Below are positions 40,721-54,230 of a stretch of 64,000 nt of DNA, piece by piece. Each line of letters starts with the position of its first letter. The stretch's first letter is position 1. The translations under genes and the position numbers were made by a program. Source of the DNA: Raillietiella orientalis (Eukaryota); NCBI GenBank assembly GCA_036172245.1, contig JAYWIR010000001.1, positions 7,874,001 through 7,938,000 on the forward strand. The letters are read 5' to 3'. The notes beneath the pieces are model-generated. The model was not told the origin of the DNA. It was given only the letters and a program-made list of their open reading frames with translations, and did not search any database.

Positions 40721-41329
40721 GTAAAGGAGAGACGCGAAAACTGGAACTACCCTGTAAACTGGCGGGACAGCAGAAAGCAACGTGCGCATGCTGAAAAATC
40801 GGGAATCACCATCACACGTATGGAATGGCGTCCTTTCGGGATGGATTGCGAAAATGATGCACGCAAGCACGGTGCATTTGTTCACAAGCATCTCACGCGA
40901 GCTAATGCTGCAAAGTCGAAAAAGTGGGAAGACTAAAGAAGGAAGGCAAATGCTGCTACTCGACTGCTTTCCACGGTGAGCAGGAGGTGCAGGTGAATTT
41001 CGGGATTCGTTTTGCACACTTCGTTCCGCTGACGCGTATCCATCGCACGTCAGTTGTTAGAGTGAAAGGCTCCATTGAGAATACGGAAGGTACGCTGCAT
41101 GCACGGATTCGTTCCTCTTCTCAGCTCCATTGCCAACATTCATTTCCGCCAATGGAAAAGGATAGGAAGGGGTCATCGCGCCTGCCGACACGAATTCGGA
41201 TGCTCAAGTAGTGTTTGCGAACAGGATGAACGCATACGTAGGAACATGGGAATGGTGTCGTGGAGTGGAATTTTCAATGCCTATCGATTTGCACTTTGGA
41301 AGGGGTAAATTGCGTGCCATAGTGTGCGC

Positions 41330-42110
41330 TTCGAATGTCTACGAGCAACACGTGTGTTGATGCAGCACACTTCCTTGTAAAGGATTTCCTCATTCTCGAG
41401 AACGTATGCTATTCGGAAAGCAATCTGCCGAGAATGGAAAGCAACATTTTCCACGGATCGAAATGCGATTTTGCAGACTCTCGTGGCTGCATGGGAAGAG
41501 GAGCTGCTTTTGCCATTGCATTGGGGATTTGCTTGCGGAGGAGCGCACCCTCTTCCGGGGCGCGCGCTCCTCCTCTCTTTTTTCGTTTCCGGGGGAGTTG
41601 GCTGGCACAACCGTCGAAGGTGTGGAGCAGTGGAATCGGTTGTGCACATGCTCTTCGAGTGCGGTGCCGTGCCAAAGACCGTTGCGAAGGCTGCCTGGAG
41701 CGCTCCTGAGCCTGTGGAAGACCACCACGTACGTCATGCATGGCTTCATCACGCGCAGCGGCGTGGTCATCGCGGCGATCAGTTGTATGCGGGCCATCGT
41801 CATGGACCACCGCGTATTTAAGTGGCGAGTGGGAGACCCAAGGAGGGGACCCGGATCGAAGCCGCCAACATGAAGAAGGCAGCTAAGTGGCCTCATGTCA
41901 ACGAAGAAGCAAGGAAGGAGACGGCCGGCATTTAGCGGCCATTCCAAAACGATGGAACGGCCGAATCGAAAGGCGCTTGTCGGCTCGTTTGGCCTTTTTC
42001 TCGTTTGTATTTTGTATCTTTGTTTGCAGGTGCTTTTTCCCGTCCCAGACTTCCAAGGGCTGCCCAATCTGCGTGTCGGGCATCCCTTTCTTTGAACTTT
42101 TGATTTCTTA
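41330..42110 (+). mobile_element. Degenerate L1/Tx1-like ORF2 3' end plus T-rich 3' UTR
   Basis: SCFCHCIGDLLAEERTLFRG (decayed CCHC knuckle) and ALLSLWKTT (IWKxRN-like), then a pyrimidine-rich tail. Confidence 0.45.
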
Positions 42111-42229
42111 GTCTTTGGTTTGGTTACTCCTGTTCCTAGATGGTTCGTTCACTTTTGGCTGGACAAACGCGCCATCGCAACGGGTCAGAATTCAGAAACC
42201 ACCCGCGAGTCACGACGCGACCTTCGCGG

Positions 42230-43790
42230 AAGAAGAGGTTGCTTCGGAGGAGAGGGACTCTCCTGGGGACATCATTGGTGAAAAGGACGCTTCCTGGACA
42301 ATGGTGAGCTGGAAGGCGAAAGGCGAGCGTCGACGGGAGCGCCTTTAAGAGCGCACCAGCAAACGTACCGCATACGCCAGGAACGCGCGAAACACGTGCG
42401 CCTCAAGGGGAGGACAGGTGGTGGCGCACCGTTGTCCACGGCTTTCGCGGAAAAATGAAATTGTACGAGGAAGTTGCCCGTGGCGTCGCATCCTTCCAGA
42501 TTCGGCAACTGTTCACAATGGCGCGCGACCTTCGGCCGATTGGACGAACGGACGAGCAAGGAGGTAGAACAGGTGCAGCGGAAGACATTGCGGAAACAGT
42601 GGAACCCGCAGGTCAGGCCGAAACTGTTGTGCCGACGGCGAGAGCAAGGTGGAACCGGGATGAATTGGCTGCGGCGATCCGTGGATCCGCTGGAAGTGCG
42701 ACCAATCCTGGATCGTGCCACCAAATGGGACAAATGGGTTTCTGCGGCTCCTGGCAGCTCCGAAACGCCTCGAGAGGCCTGATGCCTTCCGTAATAGGCA
42801 AACACGGAAAGTGGAGAGACATCGATGCCAGTTGGAGGAGGAAGCAAGCACTGATGAACACCCACCGACTCGAACTCGAGCCAAAAAGTAAAGGGATTTG
42901 GGAAGAGGGAGTGACCGTGGTCATCCCACACTTCCTGTGCATCCCTCCAGAAACGAAGGAGTGGATTTTCCAGAAGCAAAGGACGAACATCAGGGATTGC
43001 AAACAGTTCACAATAAGCGGCGACCGTCAGAAGATGGGAGTGTTTTGTCTCACTGCAAAATGCTTCGAAGGTTTACATACAAGCATGGAGAGCTGTGGAA
43101 ACATCAGGTATGCATCTGCTGGCGCTAGATACTCAGAGCAAACATTAGAGAAGCTGTGACGCACAATTGGGACGAGGAAGACGCTCATTCTGCGGACGCC
43201 GACCGTTGCGGATGCCGCCGACGGTTGGAATCTCCTGGCGGTTGGAACCATGGTCTGGACGAGACTCAGGCTTGGCTGCCGACACTCAGGTTGACCTGTT
43301 GATACTTCATCCCGAAGGGGTCGTGAGCGGCACGAGATCGGAACGCCGGTCAGGCAACGTTCAGGACGAGGTGGGCAAAGCCGGTTTTGTCAGAGAAACC
43401 CAACTGCCCAACGTACTCACCTGCCAGTTGCTGCCGACAAAGAAGAAAGAAGGAATCTTGGTACGGATGCTTGAAGGGAACGGCAAGGTTGCGCGATGAA
43501 AGCGAATGGTCCGAACTAGCATCTCGCTGTTCATCATGAGCATCGTGATGAGAGGGGAGAAAATGCGGACCGGAATCAACAGTATGTCAGCTGTGCAAAT
43601 TGTCGAAGTATTGGTGAGAAGGGAATTTGGGATGAAGAGCTGTGGACGTATGGCCACTTGGACTTATCTCGAGAACATGGTCTAGTGAGTGAACTCCCCC
43701 TACCAATTCAGTGAGCCCGAAGACTGAGCGTGAAAGTGAAGAGCAGTGACATGGACCAATTCTTGCATAAAGGAAAGTAAACAATGTATT
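42230..43790 (+). mobile_element. L1/Tx1-like non-LTR retrotransposon fragment, family A, older copy
   Basis: Homologous by eye to 56400-58089: KEVEQVQRK..VRPKLLCRRREQGGTGM, IDASWRRKQ, NLLAVGTMVW, ILVRMLEGN..MVRTSISLFIMSI; frameshifts and stops. Confidence 0.8.
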
Positions 43791-43879
43791 CACCAGGCCG
43801 CAAGTCGGACGGCGGTAAACTGGCAAGTCGCAGGGCTGCTGGATTCCTGCGGCGCGGTTGCTCTACTTGGCTCGCGTTG

Positions 43880-44950
43880 CCGGGTCGCCTTCTTTTCTGA
43901 CTTGGTAGCCAGGTGCGGGGAGGGCGCAGGAGGAGCAGCGATCCTCGTGCAACCGTGCTGCTGCTCCTCAAAAAGTTTCAGAACGAGATGATGACAGGGA
44001 TTTCCGTGCTCGGCCAGAACGTCTCGAAGCAGAACCGGCGCTGGATAACGAACATCTCGCTGCTCGCTCATTTCTTCTGGGAGTTCAGGCCGCCTGGCAG
44101 CCGCCGTCATGTTGAGTTCAGCGAAAGAAGTGGCGTCTCGAAGAACCGCCCGAGACTCCAGATGGTGGAGGGCCGGGAAGATAACGCGGAGGCAACGCCT
44201 CCTTATGATGAGCGCATCTAACGAAAAGCGGCCAGGCGTGAAGAAGCGGTGCATCCAAATTCTTGGGCTGTCCCCCTGTAGCAGAAGTACGGAAGCCGGC
44301 CTGCGCCACGTTCTTTGCAGGCCGCCGCAGTGGAGGAAAAGATGCAGGAGCGTTTGCGCACCCACCTTGCACACTTTGAAGACTCAACTACCCCGCAGAC
44401 AATGTGTACGCGCTGGTTGCAATGCAAGCTCCAATGCACCAGCAGAAGCGCGCATCGGAGCAGGAACACACACTCGTCCACGAACGAACGAGGGTCCAGA
44501 AGTTGTTCTGGTGGCACACTGAAGAGTTCACAGCAGCGAAGGACTGCTTTGGGAAAATGGCCAGGCGTGGCAGTTTCTGCCGGACTCCAGTCGCCCATGG
44601 GACCAGTTGATCGTGCGATCGGCAAGGCGACCTCACATCCCGCCGGTAGGCAACTGTCCACCAAAGCAGAAAGCGCTGCCGCAAGGGGCGTGGAGAGCCC
44701 ACTTGTGCAGGTCCTCCAGCACTTCCTCCACTGGACACGATGGGGAAAGGTGAACGCAACAAAGTTCCAAAACGACCACTTGCCGACGCGCTGCCTCGGA
44801 CGATACCGCCGCATGTCCCGGTTCGTCGGGCGGCAGGAGAATCAAGAGTGGGCTGCCAAGGGCGAGCACAAGCTGCCTGAAGGGAAGCCGAAGCTTCTCG
44901 TGGTGGCGCGCTGGGCATGCGGCAGCAACGAAAGCAGCAACTGGGGATGA
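43880..44950 (+). mobile_element. Highly degenerate LINE ORF2 3' fragment
   Basis: LVARCGEGAGGA followed by LLLLKK (GGLG..LLLK-like) and EQEHTLVHERTRVQKLFW (decayed zinc knuckle). Confidence 0.35.
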
Positions 44951-47869
44951 TCGAGAGCTTCAGGAAAACTCTTCATCAAGTCGTACACCGAGTGGATTTG
45001 GTATACTCGTAGATGCAGTGCATGAACGAAGATTTATTGGAACAGGTGCGCTCATCCGCCTGAGAATGGGAAATGAGGTGCCTTTCAAGTTGAGTGTTGA
45101 GTGTTCCTCCACGGATGCGTTTCGCGAAACTCCAAGCCGTGCACGCGCCACCATCCCGCTCACCAGCCTGCTTGCTGTTGTCGCAGGCAACACGCATAGC
45201 ATGCGCCAACGAACTGTGTCTTTGAGGCAAGCGCGCGTTCCACGCACCGCTGCTGCGCTGAACAAAAAATCCGACGCCTATTCCGTCCTTCGCGATTCGC
45301 CAAACGGGCGTGTGCTGCGCTGATCCCGACGCTCGTACGGGATGTACGGGAAGGGCCGGTGCACAAGTGCGAGGATATTTTAGGGAACGAAACGCGCGCA
45401 CGCCTTGGATGGTCACAACGTACAAACGACGAAAGACTGCCGCTAGACGGAACGGGAAAAGAGGAAACTAACGAACGGGGTGAATTGTTCCCGAGAATGG
45501 GGAAGAGGGAAGATCGAGCCAAAGTGGAAGCGTGGGCGTGCGAGAAACGCTCCCGTTTACGTTCCTTCGCACTTTTCTGTGCATGAGCGTGCACGGAACC
45601 AGGATGAAGTGGCACTCGCCAAACGCATTGCTCGAGCGTCGGTTGTGTGTGACGTCAGCACGGCCACATCTCAGTTCGGCAACGATTCCTGTTGCTTAGC
45701 AAAGGAGATTTTCCCTGACGGAAGAAACTGCTGTGTGCTGCTTGCGAATTCGGTTGTCGGATCGACTCGCGCATTTCGTGGAAGAGATCGCAACTCGGAG
45801 TATCGTACTGCTGCGTAATCCAGCGCTTATCTACTTGTGCATCGCTTGTGAATTCGGAAGTTCGTAGGAGATAGCGAATCCCAACAGGAAGTAATCTGCA
45901 TCCCTGCGAATCCGGAACTTCGGATTCGGTTCCGAAACCAAACGGAAAGCGAGTCTTGTCGCTTGTGACCCCGAAAAAACACATCTCGCCTACCCTGCCG
46001 CCGAGGTATTAAGGAAGGATTACCGTACTGCCAACTTAGAAAAGCCAGTGGCTGTGAGGTAGCAGGAAAGCAGATCCAGAAACAAAGCTGAGCACCGGTA
46101 AGATGAATGCAAGGTCCGTGAGAATGTGGGAAATCAATCCTGTGGTGCACGTGTGACGCAGGAAGATTCGTGGCTTGTGCACGATTTCCAGGTCGAGTCC
46201 CTCGCAATTGGGAAATGTGCTCAGCCTGGATTGGCATGTCTTCCTTGCGTTTCGGGAAGGAGGAGTCCGAATCGCCGAAGCAAAAAGCTTCGTTTTGGAC
46301 CGCAGAAACTGAGAGTCTATTCGCAAAGTCATCCTCTGTTACCGTGTCTTCACCGAGAATCCAGAAGCAAACGGAAGAGGAGTGGCCACCGGAGAGCAGC
46401 AGTTAGGCTTCCCGCACGGGACCCAAGCCGAAGAGATGGCTTTGGTTCAGTTCAAAGAAAGGTAAGGGCAAGCTGAATGGAGCAAAGGAAGCGGGGAGCG
46501 GACCAGCCGAGACAGTACCTGTTGCGCACGGCTCCCTGACTACCGAGAAAAGCTGCAAGAAGCTCGTGAAACCAACCTTGTTCTTTAAAAGCAACCTCAC
46601 TCCACAAGAGAAGGAGAGCAAGGAATGCAGGAAGAGGGAAAAAAAAGCCAGCAAGGAAGCACGGAAGCGAGACAAGAAACTGAAAGATGAACAGAAGAAG
46701 AAGAGAAACGAGGAGACAGAAAACGAAAGAGAAACAGGAGGAAGATCGGGAATGCAAGAAGAAATCCGGAAACAAACGGAATCGGTTGGTGCTGAAGAAG
46801 GCAGAAGTTCAGGAGCAACAGGAGACGAAGGAACACGTGCCTGAGAATTGCAAAGGGCAAATGGTTCCGAGTGACGACAAGGAGGCGGCCGAAACGATTG
46901 CTTCCAAGCAGGAGCATGGAAACGGCGAACGAACGAAGACCACGAACGAAAAGGCGAAGAAAGGAAAAACGCTGGCTTGCTTCCGGTTCTCCAAGCACAG
47001 GGGAAGGAGAACCGGAGAAGATGCGACCCTGGCAACATCCTTGCCGGGGAACGAGCCTACGAAACGCGATGTCTCGAACAAACTGCGAGGCAAAGACGGA
47101 GGCGGCAACGTAGCCAGGGAGCAGGAAGAGCATTCGCTGCAGATGCTGCTCACGGAGCAGAAGCGTAACGAAAGAAACGACTCGCGCCATTCCCGTGTCT
47201 GGGGAGTCGATGGCGCCGAACTGCCCTCGGCTCCTGTGGGTGGGTGCGCAGGCACACACAGCCTCGAACTGCGAAGAAGAAAGCAGACCCCTCCAGATGG
47301 GTGGTTGGTCAGCCGCAGCGTTCAGTGCGACTATGGAGATTATTGCCGAGAAGGTTGGTGGAACGGGTTCTGCATTCCGGCCACTGCACACGCGTCTCCT
47401 CCCATTCGGTGCCCCGGGTGGAGTTTGCGGATGCGCGTCGCTCGTTCTGCACGTTCGCACACGAACGTACGAATACCTCTGCGTGGCTCGTGTGGAGCTC
47501 GGAACGCGTTTGCATGCGTTTGGTCGAGAAACTTCCTTTTTCTTCGCTTGTGCGCGAAACAAGGAAGGACGGAAAAGAAGAGCCGTTGCACGTGTTCTTG
47601 ACTGAAAGCCGGTAAAAGGGGTGCGGATTTCGGAAAACTGCAGGCTTGTCTCGAAAGAGCGCCGCTGCGACTCGTTGCCTTCGGAAATTTCACAGGCGCC
47701 ATTTGTTCTTCAAACTCTTTCCGGAACACTGTGACCATTTATCCGAGTGCAAGCGGCTGCGTGAGCATTTTGTCGAGCCGAACTTTCCGGAAGCAAGGCA
47801 ATTGCACTTGAGATGCGAAGACAGGGAATGATAATTTCCCTTCGTATGAACGTTTCATGTAATTCTCTC

Positions 47870-49162
47870 ATGGCATCGTTTCGACGTGATGGCGGTGGCG
47901 GGAGCGGTGCGCTGACGGCTTGCGAGGCACGCGTGTTGCCGTCGCGTTGTCCGATCGGTTGAATGCATGAAAAATGCTAATAACACGCTTCTTGTTTTTC
48001 CCAAAGGGCAAACCAAGTCCATCGTCCCGGCACTGGAATCCTTGTTAACAAGATTGGAGATAGTAGCCACGATGCTGGAAGCTGCGGCAACGGAGGCCGA
48101 ACTTGGCGTGGAGCAGTCGGATGGCCTTGGTAATTGCGACTGTCCGCGTGAAATGGCTTGCTGCTTGCCCGCAAGTCCGATGTGCACGTCCGCGCTGCCT
48201 GGAATAGCCGAAATCGCCAGAGCGACGCGTGCAGCGAAGATGAGCTCCAGCAGCCATTCTCGCTTTCTGTCGACCTAACACGGCTTGGCTTATCAACTCA
48301 CAAACGGGTTGCTAACAGCTCGCAATGGAGTAACAGTGTGCCTTCCATCGTCCAGAATGTCGATACCATGTTTGCCGCTGTTTCCAGAGATCAGCAATCC
48401 GTGGTTCGAAGATTACGCCCAAATTGGGAAGGGATCTTTGGCCGTCTACCGCAATCTGTCGGCCAAGATCTCGGAAGCGGTTCGCAAGCACTCGGACATG
48501 GTGCTGAAAGCATTCAAGTAAGCGCTTGGTGTTCATAAGGTCACGATGGAAGGTTCCCTCTCCTCGGTTTCCCAGTTGCTAACCATCTTTCTTCCCTGTT
48601 GCAGGATCCAGGGGCGTTTGATGCAACTCCTATGCTGCTCGCAGGAGCCCGACGACTCGAAAGTGCTCGACCTCCTTCAACCGCTTTCCGAGTGCATTGT
48701 GCAGATCGAGGCATTCGAGCAAAGTCAGCGCGACACCGAGACGCATGTTCACCTGTGTGTGATCAGCCAGAGTGTGGCAGCCATCCTTTGGGTGACCATG
48801 GTAGGTGTACGGGCACGCATCCGCAAAGTTTCTTTCCTTTTCGTAGAGCCCCTATCCCGCAGATGCTGTTCAAGATATGATGTTTTTATGCCGACTCCCT
48901 GTGAAGCGCGTCCTCCAAGAATGGGAGGAAAAGTGAGTTTCCGGCTCGAAGAGAAGATCCGGAATCGTGCTTGCTCGTTTCTTTCAGCGATGATCATGTG
49001 TGTTGGGTGAAGTCGTGGATGGCCGTATTGTCCGTGTTGCACAGTTTGGCGAAGACCCATCACACGACGTGGGTTCCCTGGCACGCAAAAGGTGCCAGCG
49101 TTGAGAAGCACACCCCACCTCCACCCTTGCCGACCTCTTCCCACTCTCCTACGTCCCGGTGA
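47870..49162 (+). CDS. Divergent cyclase-associated protein (CAP/Srv2) paralogue, N-terminal half only; exons 47870-47906 (tentative), 48007-48129, 48388-48517, 48605-48800, 48847-48932, 48988-49162; ~248 aa
   Basis: LESLLTRLEIVATMLEA (RLE coiled coil); VYRNLSAKISEAVRKHSDMVLKAFK, DLLQPLSECI, HLCVISQSVAAILWVTM, HVCWVKSWM and HHTTWVPW (helical folded domain); then PPPPLP and stop. GT-AG introns are in phase. Confidence 0.8.
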
Positions 49163-51459
49163 CCCGGAAGGCCTGCTTTGCTTGCACGGTCGAATGCAGG
49201 CAAAGCAGTCACAATAAATACGTGTCGAATTTCGAATGATCTTTCAGTTCTTGAATGGTCCACGACTGCCAAGTCGCCCATTTCACATTACCGAGAGTTT
49301 GGCACCATGCGACGGCACGAACGAAGTTGTGCAGAATGCTTAGCCACTTTCCAGCGTTGTTTTCATTTTAACTCGCTTCCCTCGTTCCCTCGAATGCGTG
49401 AGCGCTGAATAAGGAAAACAAGCAGAAAAGAACCACAAAAGATCAAAATCGACTTCGACACTGCGAGTTCCACTGCATCCACTCAATTTTGCCACACATT
49501 GGAATGGGACGCTCCTTTTCCGCTTCCAAATGCAACACGCACCCTGCGCGGTCAAGCAAGAGCCAACTCTTGTAAAACCACTGCTCTCCAAAGTAGCAAA
49601 GATGAAGTTTCAGCCACAACGGATTCCACCCAAAGCTGACCAAGGCAGCAACAGTCAGAAGATTGGACGGTGCGGCGTTCCACGTCCATATTGAGAATCC
49701 AAACCGGCATGCCGTCCACACATTTAGTACCAGCCGAACACATTTTCCACTTTTTTCTTACGAAAAGGGAACTCGTTCACATTAGTGGCACAGCCACAAT
49801 TTCCCTTCGCACCGCAGTGGGAAGCCTATGTCCACTGATAGTGACACCTTTCGGATGACTCATAATGGGAGATTGCGACTGACCTCGTGGTTTCTGCCTG
49901 AATGCCCTGTTCCCTGTTGCACGCAGCGTCCAGCTGCTAACCGAATTCGCTTCAGTCGTCATGATGTCGGTCGACTCGAGCCGACATGCAAATCCCCACG
50001 GAAACCGAAACTTGTCTGGCTCTCGGATTCGTGCCCGCTACCCACATTGATGCAAGACCTGCAGAACCGCGAGAACAACTGTGTGTGAATTACCATGCGC
50101 TCTTGCTTGGCCGATGCTCTCTACGTAGTGTACTTCAGATTGCTTCCCCTACAGAAGCCGCATTTGAAGCATGAACAATCGACCACTATCCACCAACGCC
50201 CTCTCCTTGCTGTGAGAAGCAAACTGAAGCTTTTCGAAGCCGGTCCATGAGAATGCCACTCACACTCGGCTTTCAAAGCGAGCGTCCATCTTGATTCCAT
50301 AGAATGCGTCTAATCTGTACATATGCATTTGACCTTCTCAGTAGAGACAAATGGTTTCCGGTTATCTGCCAGCTGCAAGCTTCGATTCAACGGAATGACC
50401 ATGCAACTCTGCCATCTGGGTTCACTCATCCCTGATCCTTTATCATCCTGAGAAGAAGCAACGTTCTCCCCGATTTTGCTTCAACAACGGTTGCCAAAAG
50501 AAAAATCTCCGCATTCGGAAAATGCGAATTCGCCGACCAAACTCTCCACTTCCAACTGCAACTTCACGGAGAGTAATTTTGAAAAGATTGCAATCCTTCC
50601 CAAACTTCGAATGTTGTCAGACGTACCTGGACATTGAGGGCAAAGTACTTGCGACGGTGTCTGGAATTTGGGGAGCAGTCCAAAGGAAAATGAAGGAATG
50701 CGCAAAAGAATGACGTCCGCATGCACAGTAGGAAAGCGGCTCGAGTCGCAGAGAGCTGCACGCTCCTCGCTTTCCACATGCGGCTTGGTTGGAGGTGCGG
50801 CTCTTTCCGCAACACGCAGCTCGATTGCAGTGTCGACGACGGTTGGCGAAGAATGAGGAGGGCGTCAGCAGCGGAATTGTGCTGCACGCCCTGCATGCAC
50901 CATCGGTAGCGCTTTCGCCCTTGGGTGCAACAGCAAACACAGCGAAGCAGGAGACCCATTGCTAACACAGCGCACACGGCAGAGATCGGCGGGAACGTCA
51001 TCGCGAGCGGTGCACATCGCGATCGAAGCACCTGCGATTCAAAAATCCGGTGAACATCATCCGCAGCGCTCCTTCCGTCCGCTTCCGCAACTCCGAGAGA
51101 ACCCTTCTTCTTTTGCTGGCAACAGGCACGTATTTCCTCATCATCGAAGCACTTGCAACGAATGCGACCCACCCCGTGCGGTCCTCGCTGCACGGTCAAA
51201 CGATTCCCTCAGGAAAAGGGTTAACGTGAACGTCGAAGCGTTCCCCTTGGAAGCGATTCGGCGTTGATCATTCGAAAGAGAATGCACAACGTTACGTAGT
51301 GGAGCTTTGACATGGCTTGAAGCGCGCCCGCCTTAGCGGAGAAAAGTTCGCTTGAACAGCAGGCATCCCTTCGTAACATTTCCAAGCAAACGCAACATTC
51401 GTGGAACTGAGGCATTACGTACGCTCACGCTGCTGCCGGGTTGCATGCAAAAGCGTTAG

Positions 51460-52460
51460 CCGGAAAGGGTCTTTGCTCTTGCTGGTGATCTGCACAGGAG
51501 ATTCGTGACTCCGCTGACTCGGGCAACACATGCCAGCCTCTTGAGACTCAAGCTGGCCGAAATCGGCAGCTCTATGGAAAGCACCGACGTCGTGCGAACA
51601 AATCCTTCGGATTTGCATTCTTCCGCTTTGCACTGGAGCGATCTACCGAGTATTCCGGGGGGAGAAGATGTGCAGTGTTGCTCAGAGCTTTTGGACAGAC
51701 TCACCCACCCACTGAAGTGGCAGGAGACGGCGCTGATGCTGTTCCAGTGGGGCCTCTCCCGTCCAGCACTCGCCGGCATCACTGGACAAGGGTGTGTGGG
51801 GACCTCAGCTGCGGAGGTGCGGGGAACGCGAATGCCTCTTGCAGCTCCTAGTAGACTGGAATACCCTCCGGCCCCTCTGGGAACGCCTTGCCGCGACCCT
51901 AGTAACCTCCATCGGCAGCTCCAGGAAAGCTCGAAAGCCGCTGCTCGTTCGCAAGGCACTTCGGGTGGCAGCCTCGCTAGCGTCCCCATACTGCCAACGC
52001 GGGATCGTCTCTGCCTGCAACAGGATGCCATCCACTTTGACGTACGATTAATGAGGATGGCAACGAGATGACCCCTCCAGTTCACATCTCCATACAGCAA
52101 GACCTTGCCGGAATCCTACAGAGGATGCTAAGCGCCGCCGCTAGCAGGCAGTGATCCCTTCCCGCACTCCCTCCCCCCAAAATTTACTTATTGAACTTTT
52201 GGTTTCTTTCTTTTCTTGTTGTTTGCCTCCCTCCCCTCAACTGCCGTGTGGACCTCACCGGTCTGCGACACGGCAACCCCACAGGCTCCTGGCGAAACGT
52301 TGGTAGTTGGAGCCCCGCTCCAACCACACTTCTCTGGAACTGTTTCCTTTTCTTAAGACCATCTACCCCCCACGTTTCAGGTCGTCACTCACTAACAACC
52401 GACTCGTGGCTATTCCGTGGGGTCGTAAGTGCTAATTTATACCTAGACAATATTGTGATG
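51460..52460 (+). mobile_element. L1/Tx1-like 3' fragment, family B copy 1, with 3' UTR
   Basis: LTHPLKWQETALMLFQWGL and ECLLQLLVDWNTLRPLWERLA align by eye with the copy at 60300-61320. Confidence 0.7.
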
Positions 52461-53459
52461 TAATATATGACAAGAACATTTTATGTTATATCAAACTAAA
52501 TCATAACATAGAATTATCAAAATCATTAACAAATTTTCTAGTATTCCGACAGCCGAAAAGCCTGATACTAGGACACCGGTCGCTAAGCGTTGGCATCCAA
52601 AAGCCTATTAGTAGCATTGCAGTCAAAAAATGTGTTAGAGGAAACGGTCCGGCGTACCCGGGTCTGAACGCAGTGTCCCACAGAGACCTTCATGTCAGAA
52701 TTCTTCATGCCTCAAGTGGCCTAACGAGTGAGAAGAGGGCAAGCGAAAGGTGAAGATTGGAAGGGAGGAGCAGCAAAGCCGTTCTGCATGGTGATCTCCT
52801 TCGAAAAGAGAATGCTGCCATCCAAGGCCGACTCAGCCTCCTTCTGGGGGCAGTGATACCAAAGTTCTGCTGAGAGGGACACAATCAGAGGAACGGCCAG
52901 AGGTTTGCAGCAAAATCGGTGGTGCTATCCCTCTCACGATGCTGTAGGCGAGACGAATGAAGACGCCTACGCTCACGCCACTACACGGATGATTGGCCTA
53001 GAAGACCGATGTCCATCCGGTGTTCAGTCGTTCGCAAGTTGTGATGTACCAAGTTTGCGAAAAACCAGATTGTAGGTATAAAGAAGGTCAGTGGGTGAGC
53101 CATTCGCTGAACCCACCTGTGTGGATGCAGGACTCGCGCAACGACTTCCGAATACAGCCACCACCATCCAGAGCTGAAAGCCCTTTACCACCATGGTGGA
53201 CCGTTCGAGAACTGAAACCTTCCCACACCTGTTGTTTAAGTGTGTTGCCCTCCTGAGCGTGTGGGGAGCATTCTGCAGCCCCCAAAGGACAACCGGAAGG
53301 ACATGGACAGAAAGGTTATCTCCATCTCAGGTGCACCACGAGAAGGGCGCATCTCACACAGCACAAAGAGAAACTTACTTACCTGCAACCTCGAAATGGT
53401 TTTTGTCATCCGAAGGTGCGCTGAAGCGTTGATTGTGGAAAATGAACTAACAGAGGTGG

Positions 53460-54230
53460 AGGAAGGAGTGCCGCGAAGGAGGTGCGCAGTCTCGCGAGGT
53501 TCGCTGGTCCGCAGCAGAAAAGCAGAAGGACAAACAAGAACAGAAAGAAAATGCAAAAGCAAATAGAAAGAAATGGGGAGAAAACGTTTGGAAGGAACGA
53601 GAAGGAATCGCTGCCTGTTCCTCTGCACCTTTTCTAAGGTGCCGGCGGGATGTTGCTGAACGCTTCCCATCTGGGACCATCTTAATGCTTTTCGTAGGAA
53701 GCAAATGGCCACGCGGAACGATGGCGCGTCCCTGTCTCCCAGGCGTCGCTGCAGGCCGCCACGATCCGGCTATAGCCGCAAAGAGCTGCTAGGGACGCGA
53801 TTGGCAGTAGGGGCATCACGCACGAAGGTGCACTTCCAAACGCTCCTGAAATTGTCCCGGTATCCCAAGGGTGGGCACAAAGTTTAACCACTAGGAAGCC
53901 TGAGAGCCACAGAATCCACATGCAGCTGAGGGCGGATCCTCGCTCTCCGTCCCGGCTAGAGTTGGGGCTCCCACACAACCCGTGTCCAGTGAAGTCGGAC
54001 GGGGTTTGATGAGAAACCCCATGCAACAGCAGAATCGCCGAATACGAAACCTGAAAGATAAGATGTGTTTTCAGGAGGACTGGGTACCATTGGAAGTCTT
54101 CCCGGGGAATTGCCAAGAGCTCGCGGCAGAGAAAACGTCCCTTCTGTAGGGCACTTGGTCTCTGCGAGCTGGCTGTAGATCGACCACCCAAGTCTTTCTT
54201 ACTGGAGTTAAACTCTCACAAGACCTTCCA
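53460..54230 (-). mobile_element. L1/Tx1-like 3' fragment, family B copy 2, with 3' UTR
   Basis: CRELLAIPREDFQWYPVLL..SAILLLHG aligns with FGELLGIPTDDLGWFPVFK..SALLLLHWG of copy 3; pyrimidine tract after the ORF end. Confidence 0.7.

Noticed and set aside
46400-47600. Lys/Glu/Arg-rich long ORFs and their hydrophobic antisense ORFs
   Set aside because: Purine-rich low-complexity sequence with frame changes; cannot assign gene or TE ORF1.
49170-49700. Possible CAP C-terminal (CARP) exons
   Set aside because: Only faint resemblances (AVTINTCR, VKQEPTL); no consistent spliced frame or conserved CARP motifs.
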